Shown one piece after another: positions 12,216 to 20,000 of a DNA stretch of 20,000 nt. The stretch is taken from the NCBI GenBank assembly GCA_013265495.1, contig MU058010.1, positions 404,160 through 424,159 on the forward strand. Reading direction: 5' to 3'. Numbering within the stretch: position 1 is the first letter of the stretch; the number at the start of each line of letters is the position of its first letter. Both the position numbers and the translations under genes were made by a program. The notes beneath the pieces were generated by a model, which made no database searches, was not told the DNA's origin, and was given only the letters and a program-made list of their open reading frames with translations. Source of the stretch: Vicugna vicugna (Eukaryota).

Positions 12216-13233
12216 AATATTCCTTCTGTTCTATGCTTTTTGTTCCTCTTTTTTTATCCCCTGATAGTTTTCTTTTCATTGTTTTGATCAATAATATTAA
12301 ACTTTATTGTTTGATTTCTAATGAAGAACTTACACTGTCTCTAGGGTAAAAAAATATATATATATTAAAGAAGAAATTAAAGCATCTCCCAAAATAACAT
12401 ATGCCACCTAGTTGTTAAAGTTTAATTATACGCTTCTCTGCTTAATACTGTTAGTGATAAACTAGCAATGAGATAACCTGTTTGGATTCACTGGTACTGA
12501 AGAATACAGTCTTCACAGGATATTGTAACACCATGCCATGCTGTTTGTTGGCACTTTGAAAAACCATTGTTTACCTGCTATTTCCCACAAATGCCGCATG
12601 AGAGGAATTTCTTGATTTGCATAAAACTTTTTAAAATAAGAGACAGGCTAATCCCATATCTGTTGAGATCTTCTTGTGGTTCACATGGCATTATTGATTT
12701 TGATGAACAGTCAGAGGGCCTGATGTTGAAGTGCCAAACATTTCTTTAATCATCCTTGTGACACCTCTCTGTGTGAAAGAAATTGTTAAATGACTGATTA
12801 TAGAATAACGCAGCCATTACAAAATTTCAGCTCTTTTCTATCATTTCTTCAACGATTTTTTTCTTGTACTCAGGAGTTTACTTAGCATAGGAGGAATGGG
12901 AGACTTAAACATTTGCTAGACACTCTTTTGGGAATATGTATAGGAAACTAGTTTTGATTTGTAAATTAAATGCTTTTTTATTTTTAGTTTCTGTGTTCCT
13001 TCTCTTAGTTGATTTCACTAAGATGCAGGTGCTTTAAACATAACAGTTGTATTTTTAGATACATAACATATTTAGCAAGGGTTCATGTGCTGATCTTTTA
13101 AAAGACTATGTTGCTAATATAAGAAATAACCATTACCAAAAAGATATTTATCACAATTCTACAGATTAATAATTTTCCATTTGCTCTATGGAATCACTGG
13201 TTAAAATTGACCATTTTCCAAAATTTGTTATAG

Positions 13234-13413
<180 letters not shown>

Positions 13414-13504
13414 TAATACTGGTTACTTTATCTGCAGTTTAATATATGTCCATGAAAAAGGAAGATGTGATGACTTATTTTAGAGTTAAGCCATAGAGGA
13501 ATTC

Positions 13505-13593
13505 TTTTTTTTTAATGGAGTTACTGGGGTTGGAACCCAGGACCTCGTGCATGCTAATAAGCATGCACCCTACCACTGAGTTATTACCCTCCC
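13505..13593 (-). mobile_element. tRNA-Ala-derived SINE (vic-1-like, short form)
   Basis: The reverse complement reads GGGAGGGTAATAACTCAGTGGTAGGGTGCATGCTTATTAGCATGCACGAGGTCCTGGGTTCCAACCCCAGTAACTCCATT plus an A tail. It lacks the 3' CCTAATTACC segment of the other two copies. Confidence 0.9.
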
Positions 13594-13811
13594 AACACCA
13601 CCACCATCCCCTCTCCCCTTTAGCAATTTTTTTTAAATGAGCTTTACCCAGTTTAGTTTACTAATGAGAAATGTTTTCATTCTGACATTGATCATAGGTG
13701 ATTTTGGTCCTCTGGGGTACTGCTGTAGTTGCATTATATTAGCATTTCTTTCACTACTACTTAAATAACTAATCTGTAATAATTTATGTCAATTAGTAAA
13801 TTAACAATTAT

Positions 13812-14325
13812 AGGAAACTGTTTATGGGAAATTCTACAGGACAAGTAACCTGTTTTCTTTAACAAAATACTCCAAGGAAGGAAAAAAGTGATAGAGGGGA
13901 AACTTACTGATTAAAATAGACTAAAGAGACATATCAACCAATTGTAATAAATAGAACTTATGTATAATCCAATCCAAACAAATGTAGGGAAAAGTAGTCT
14001 AAAAAGTTTGAATACTCTATTTTTTCTTATAGACGTGTTAGTCTTATTGTGGATATGTTTTAAAGTAGCTTTTAGAGACTCATGCTAAAATTTTATAGAC
14101 AAAAAGATACGATGTCTGGAATTTCAGTCAAAATAGCCTAGCATGACTGGGAAGTAAGCAGGTGTATAGACGAAGCAAGATTGACTATAAATAATAATTG
14201 CTGAAGTTAGGTGATGGGTACTTGGAGGGAAAGGTATGTTCACTATACAATTTTGTCTGCTTTTGTGTATTTTGAAATTTTCTTTAATAAGAGGTTCTTG
14301 GAAAAAATTAAAAAGAAAAAAGAAA
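13812..14325 (+). mobile_element. Old L1 3' UTR (L1MC4/L1MC5-like)
   Basis: gggaaattctacaggacaa, agagacatatcaaccaattgtaat, gatacgatgtctggaattt, gtatagacgaagcaagattg, ttgctgaagttaggtgatgggtac, ttttgtgtattttgaaattttc and an A-rich tail. Confidence 0.85.
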
Positions 14326-15109
14326 AAATTTACTATTTTACAGAGACATACATATGTATTTTCCAAAGCTAAAATATACCACTAACTTAGATGCAAAAGA
14401 ATTAAGTAAATTATAGTTATATTTTTACCCCCTAAAAATTCTGCCTCTTCTACCTCCAAGCCACTAAGGATTGTGGAAGACTTTAATTAAAATCCTTCAG
14501 CCTCACTGCTAAATTACTGTAGTTTATATCTCAAGACTGCAAATTCACCTAAGGTTTCCCTGAGGGTAAACTGAGATGCCTTTTTTGCCTTCTTTACTTT
14601 TACTTTTACAGAGATATTTTACCTTTAATAAAGCAAACTGAGTACCTTAATGTATCAGACATATTTCTTCTAGGAGAAAAATTCACCTAAGCACAATTTC
14701 TTGTTTATTAAGAATTCAGAAAGTGTTCTCAGAAATATCTTAAGTGTTAACAAATGGGGATTAGAAAAGTTTGGCATTGAGTTTTTTAAAAGATGCTTCT
14801 GAAAGCGTTATTTTAAAATAATGTATTACTGCCTAATTACCAGACATTCTGGGATTTGAACATGAGCTCAGTTGTTGTTGGTTAACAAGTCATGTATAGA
14901 TGAGTTACTGGTGGCAGATTGGCTGTGTATTGTTTGTGGATTTTACCTAAGGGTCTGCCTTTTAGCAATTCTCTATTATGTCAATCTGGAAAGTTGAAAC
15001 CTGACAGGAAGCCAAAATTTTAATGAAACTTCACATCCAATGTAATCTAATAATGTTTTTGTTTAAATTTATATTTCTCCTGAAGGAAGTTTCCATTTTA
15101 AAAAATAAC

Positions 15110-15960
15110 AGTTAATTTCATTTTTCCAATTTGAAAATAATATTTTTGTGTTATAGGAAACACCTAAAAAAGTAGTAGATCAAAACTGTTACCCATAATC
15201 CATGATTCACTGTTAATATTTTGGCATGTTTTTCTTTCAGTTTTAAAGACTTCTACCTTTTAGTGATAGCTGTATGATCCTAGTGAACATGTATTTCAGT
15301 GTCTCACTTTATCTTGCTGCTTTCTGAAGGTTTCATGTTCTGTGATTTTTAGTTTGTAATTGTTAATATCTTTGTCATTGTGTCCACTGGATATGCCATA
15401 TCTAATTTAACTCACATTAGTCAGTGTGAGGTCATAGAACAATAGTTATTTTCACCTTTTCAGTGTGATACTTATTTATGCATAACTAATGCATAAATAA
15501 TTGAAAATGTTTGTAATTGTTAAGATATGGGATAGAAAAGGATAAATATTACTAAGACCTTTGGTTCATGTCGCCAAATTGCTTTCCAAAAGTATTGTTC
15601 TAATTTCAACAACTTTTAACATTAGTTTATGAATGTGCCTTGATTGAGTATTCTCATTTTTTAAAGATTTTTGGTGTTTTGTCATCTTAACTTGCATTTC
15701 TTTTGCTACTGCTGAGACTGGACATTTTTTCAAGTTTCTAGTGCATTTGTATTTCCTCCTTTGTGAATTGTGTTATCTTAGTCTTTTTCTTGTTGATTTA
15801 CATGTTAGCTCATTGTGCATCAGTATTCATCTTTTAAATAGATCTTTTGACTTCTTATTTTTATATCTTGCAAGATAAAAGTGTTTCATTTTTGTTATAT
15901 AATGACTTATAATCTTTGCTTTTGTCATTTTTTTTATCAACTTTTAAGTTTAGAAAATCA
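15110..15960 (-). mobile_element. Very old L1ME-type 3' region
   Basis: cactgttaatattttggcatg, gccaaattgctttccaaaag, ttaacttgcatttcttt and catttgtatttcctcctttgtgaattg are typical L1ME reverse-strand motifs. Boundaries are approximate. Confidence 0.7.
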
Positions 15961-16552
15961 TCCTCTCGGCAATTTCATATTCTGCTTCAACTTTTTTCTA
16001 GTTTCAGTTATTCATAATGCTATTCTGCTCCATTTATTTCTAATTCCTTAATTATTCATATACTTGACAGACAAATTTTAATATACTGGGATCTGTTTTT
16101 GAATTCTATCAAAAGTGTTCTAATAGTTAATAGTGGTTAACAATCAATCGGTTTGTGTTGTTTTTAGATAGGTATTTTATGTTGAGGGTGTTACTTTTCT
16201 ATTCTTATTATTCAAATAAATTTGATATTTTTTATTTTTGAAATAAATATAAGGAAAAGTTTCCGCTGCACTTTTTGTTAATCAGAGCTCATCTTATTTG
16301 ACCTACTGGGTTATTTTATAAATCTTTTTCTATACTATCTCTTCCCAAACATGGTCTGGAAATTATCATAGATGCATCTCAGATAAATGTCAGACTCTCA
16401 CTTGGTAAGAGTTCCCCAAGCCTTTATATGCTGAGGTCTATATGTGCCATACATTTTGACATTTTCCAGGAGAGTGTTCTTCAAAAGATAGTCTGGTTAA
16501 CATTGATTTATATAAATGATATCATATAAACAGTTTAAAATAACACATCAGT

Positions 16553-16685
16553 TTTCTTTTTTTTTTTGTCGAAGTGTAGTCAGTTTGCAGTGTTGTGTCA
16601 ATTTCTGGTGTACAGCATAGTGTTTCAATCATATATATACATATGTATATTCCTTTTCATATTCTTTTTCATTATAGGTTACTAT
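16553..16685 (-). mobile_element. 5'-truncated younger L1 3' end
   Basis: Poly-T, then gaagtgtagtcagtttgcagtgttgtgtcaatttctggtgtacagcatagtg...cttttcatattctttttcattataggttacta. It is the reverse complement of the 3' part of the copy at 17345-17631. Confidence 0.85.
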
Positions 16686-17344
16686 TTTTAAAATACTATA
16701 TATATTATATGTGAATATTTTAATAGATCGAGTCAGTCATTTGATAAAAGGTGATACAACATTTGATACAACAAAGCTATGATGTAGCTCTTTGAAAAAC
16801 ATTTGAAAATTTAGAAAGAGGCCTTGAACTATTTTTCTTGTAGACTAGAGAATTTTAAAGAATCTAGGGCTATATCCCAGATTTCATGGCACCTAAATAT
16901 ATAGTTTTCTCACCAAAGTAAAAGACCTCTTGTAAAATCCCAATAAGTGATGATTATTCTGAATGGTCTTTAGTTTTCCTTTGAATATAGCATGATTATT
17001 AGCATAAAATAACAAAATATTGTCTCAATATTAATGTAGCTCCTATAGCCAAGTAATTCATATAAGTATCAAATATATTACTGCTTATTTGTTGATACTT
17101 CTTCATATTTAAAAATAGTATAAATATGCAGTCACCTTTTTCTTTCCATGTTAGCTATAGAATATGCTTTTTGTCAATAAAGACCTTGTAATATTATGAA
17201 AAATATAAATGCTGTGGTCTTCTATTATTATTTTATTGGTATATAAAAAAATTAATAGGTAGGCTACTTTTGTTTCTTTAATTCATCAACAGTTTTTTTT
17301 ACCCTATATGCTGGTATTAAAGTGACAAATAAGGATTAAATAAG

Positions 17345-17529
17345 TAAGCAATCTTATGGTTACCAGGGATAAGGGAGTGGGAAGGGATAAATTTGGGAGT
17401 TTGAGATTTGCAAAAGATAACCTCTATATATAAAAGTAGATAAAAAGCAATTTTTTCTGTGTAGTACGGGGAACTATATATATTCAATGTCTTGTAGTAA
17501 CTTTTAATGAAAAAGAATATGGAAACGAA

Positions 17530-17560
<31 letters not shown>

Positions 17561-17631
17561 GCATGACTGGGACATTATGCTGTACACTAGAAATTGACAC
17601 ATTGTAACTAACTGTACTTCAATTAAAAGAA
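17345..17631 (+). mobile_element. 5'-truncated younger L1 3' end (~290 bp) with internal (TG)n(TA)n
   Basis: cttatggttaccaggg...gggataaatttgggagtttgagatttgc...gggaactata...atgctgtacactagaaattgacacattgtaactaactgtacttcaattaaaa. The imperfect TSD is AAGGATTAAATAAG (17331-17344) / AAGGATAAATGAG (17632-17644). Confidence 0.9.
17530..17560. repeat. (TG)n(TA)n microsatellite within the L1 3' UTR
   Basis: Direct reading of the TG run followed by the TA run. Confidence 0.95.
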
Positions 17632-18758
17632 AAGGATAAATGAGATTCCTGCTATAATGAACTTTAAAACTCTAATGAGTGAATCGGACAACCACATATA
17701 TATGATAATTTCAGATTATAAAAAGTTGTATGAAGTAAAGATGGGATAATACAATGCAAATGGAGACTGGCTGAGTTGGGGGGTGCTAGTGACAAAACTT
17801 GGTCTTAGAGAACTAAGGAGAGTATTAATGTATACCACAGTTATTAATTTAAAAATATTGATTATAAAACTCTTTAGAAACTGATAGGATAACCAGGCTC
17901 ATGGATTTTTACTATACTATATGTGCTAATATAGTGAATTTTTTTAAACATTTTATTGTGAGGATCAGATAAAACTTTATATTATTTTTCTTTCTGGGTG
18001 TTATATTTTAGTACAGAACATAGCATTGCTCTCATCTTTGTAGAAGTTGTCAGCCTGGATTTCTTATTCTCAAAAAAAATGTAGAAGGGCAAATTGTTGA
18101 GTTTACAGTAGTGTTTTATCGCCTCTCTGAACCGGGAACTTTTGTCCTATTTTTGTATGGGGTGCACGTACTCCTGAATGATAGAGGAGGAGAAGGCTCT
18201 TTACATAACCCTGCCGTAAACCCACAGGGAGCTTCCTTCCATATATTTTCATGACTTTAGTGTTTCCGCCATGCAAATAAGAACTGTGTTTTTTCACAGA
18301 TGCACAGATTCGTGGATCACCACCTGAGGTAGTAGAGTAAATTAAATCCCTGCTCTTTCTTATCCATCATAAATCATTACTTGCCCTTGGCAAGAAAGCA
18401 AGCAACTATTTTCCAGTCTACTATTTATTATCACTATCATTTGAGAATGTTATTTTTTAATAGAATGACAATAAAGACAGAATAACGAGCTAAGATTCTC
18501 TAAGAAGAAAAATTAAGCATTAAATGTCCTTTTGAGCAGCAACCCTAAGAAGCACAGCACCTTGGATTATCGTGTTACAGCATTTAGAGGTCACTTGTGT
18601 CATTTTTGTTTCTTTAAAAATGATGAGCCTGAAGGTCTCTTAAATATTCACATATGCACTTTTGGTTACTTCTGTTAAATGACTTTGTATTACATTAAAC
18701 AAACAAGCAAATTGACTACAGTTTCATGATGTCTTTGCTTAATTGGTATGTGAATTTT

Positions 18759-18797
18759 TTTAAACATTTATTATTGATTTATTATCATTTTACAAGA
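18759..18797 (-). mobile_element. Ultra-short (~39 bp) L1 3'-end insertion with a perfect 12-bp TSD
   Basis: TATGTGAATTTT at 18747-18758 and 18798-18809 flanks tttaaacatttattattgatttattatcattttacaaga, which matches taactttttttattgattcataatcattttacag of the L1 end at ~19771-19804. Confidence 0.75.
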
Positions 18798-19714
18798 TAT
18801 GTGAATTTTGAGTACATTTTCTGAGGATGATGTTTAAATGAGAATTATTTTAGTTTAGAAGATACTGAAAGTATTAACTACCTGATGTAGGAACTAGTAA
18901 GTATCAACACTAGTATTTATTTAAAGTGCATAGCTGTCTTTATGTGTCATCATTCCCAGTAAGACAAATAGTGATAGTGATTTTATGTGATTATGTACAA
19001 CTTTTTCAAATCTGCATTTCTTTTTTTTCATCGTGGAAATGAGTAGGGCATTTGATACTAGAATTCAAACATTATGCTTTAAGACTTCCTGAGTGTGTGA
19101 GTTGATTCACTTAATTTTTAAATAGCACATCAGAATGGTCTTGAAATGGACCCAGTGTTGTATAATTATGTTTTGAGGGGGAAGTAAATAAGAGATTATT
19201 TAATGGAGCAATAAAAACTATATGAGCAGCTCCTATATTTCAGTCTTTAGGTTACAATTTGTTTATTATTTATTAGACTTAAATGTCTCATTTGGTACAA
19301 CTTCAGTCTATTAAATAAAGAGATAATTAGCTTTTAGAAATCTGTTGTTTACCCACATGGCCAAAACTGCTCCTTTGTTTTCCATTCTGCAATTTAGAAT
19401 TACTAAGCAATTAGACCTCCATTTTAGAGGAGATGCACATTACAGAAATACTGCTTGGGAATATGTCTGCCAATCTCAGTAGACTTGCAATTAATGTGTC
19501 TACTTGCTTTCAAAAAGGCTTGACCATTACCCTATCCTCTACGTATAATATAAAACTTAGATTATTTTTCATAATTGCGTATATTTCTAGTTTTGTAGAG
19601 TAGTGTTTTCAGTTTTCTAGCGTCTTTTGGCCATTGATGCATGTAGGCCAGTAGTTTTCGTTATTTCTCTACTTAGAAGAATATAATAAACTAGATTGCA
19701 TTGGCATTGATATA

Positions 19715-20000
19715 TTTCTCTTTTCTTTTTTTTTTGTGTGTGTTTTTTTTTCATTTTTATTTTATTTTTTTAACTTTTTTTATTGATTCATAATCATTTT
19801 ACAGTGTTGTGTCAAATTCCAGTGTTCAGCACAATTTTTCAGTCATTCATGGACATATACACACTCATTGTCACATTTTTTTCTCTGTGATTTATCATAA
19901 CATTTTGTGTATATTTCCCTGTGCTATACAGTGTAATCTTGTTTATCTATTCTACAATTTTGAAATCCCAGTCTATTCCTTTCCACCCTCTACCTCCCCC
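19715..20000 (-). mobile_element. Young L1 3' end with long T-rich tail; continues beyond the window
   Basis: About 65 nt of T-rich tail, then attgattcataatcattttacagtgttgtgtcaaattccagtg...tatatttccctgtgctatacag...tttgaaatcccagtct...ccctctacctccccc. Homologous to the reverse complement of 17345-17631. Confidence 0.9.

Larger units (their letters stand above)
1..13233 (+). other. DIAPH3: Intron of DIAPH3 upstream of the exon (5' end outside the window)
   Basis: No sequence encoding the preceding FH2 segment was seen. The region is repeat-rich non-coding DNA ending in a canonical AG acceptor. Confidence 0.8.
17278..17790 (-). mobile_element. L2 relic interrupted by a younger L1 fragment
   Basis: ttaattcatcaacag tail at the left. 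After the insert, ttcctgctataatgaacttt...gataatttcagattataaaaagttgtatgaag follows the L2 reverse consensus. Confidence 0.6.

Noticed and set aside
18103..18297. 64-aa minus-strand ORF in the CpG-retaining patch
   Set aside because: No recognisable homology and no canonical ATG at the annotated start. An ORF of this length is expected where GC is higher.
18325..18346. let-7-like TGAGGTAGTAGA
   Set aside because: Only the first 12 nt match let-7f. The rest diverges and there is no complementary 3p arm or hairpin nearby.
17934..18769. Identical 20-mer GTGAATTTTTTTAAACATTT at 17934-17953 and 18750-18769
   Set aside because: It is low-complexity T/A-run sequence, and the second copy is explained by the TSD plus tail of the micro-L1, so it is probably coincidental.

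Overview
AT-rich mammalian genomic DNA that is almost entirely intron. The one convincing coding segment is a 136-nt internal exon on the + strand (13234-13369, ag|...|gtaagt) encoding [46 protein letters not shown] recognise this as the post-FH2 helical segment of the formin DIAPH3 (mDia2), just before the DAD autoinhibitory motif. It is too short for the supplied ORF track, and the flanking exons lie outside the window. The rest is a layered transposable-element record. It includes a ~5.2 kb decayed sense-oriented L1M/L1ME element carrying nested MER58A, a hAT-type MITE and a SINE, as well as L2 and MIR relics, an ERVL-type solo LTR, old L1 3' ends, five younger L1 3'-end insertions and three tRNA-Ala-derived SINEs. 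The SINEs resemble the camelid vic-1 family, so the genome is probably camel, alpaca or llama (inference). I see no well-supported new biological system. The most testable leads are two putative cryptic terminal exons downstream of the DIAPH3 exon that would remove the DAD motif, and a ~39-bp micro-L1 insertion with a perfect TSD. Repeat family names are from recall of consensus sequences, not from a database search.
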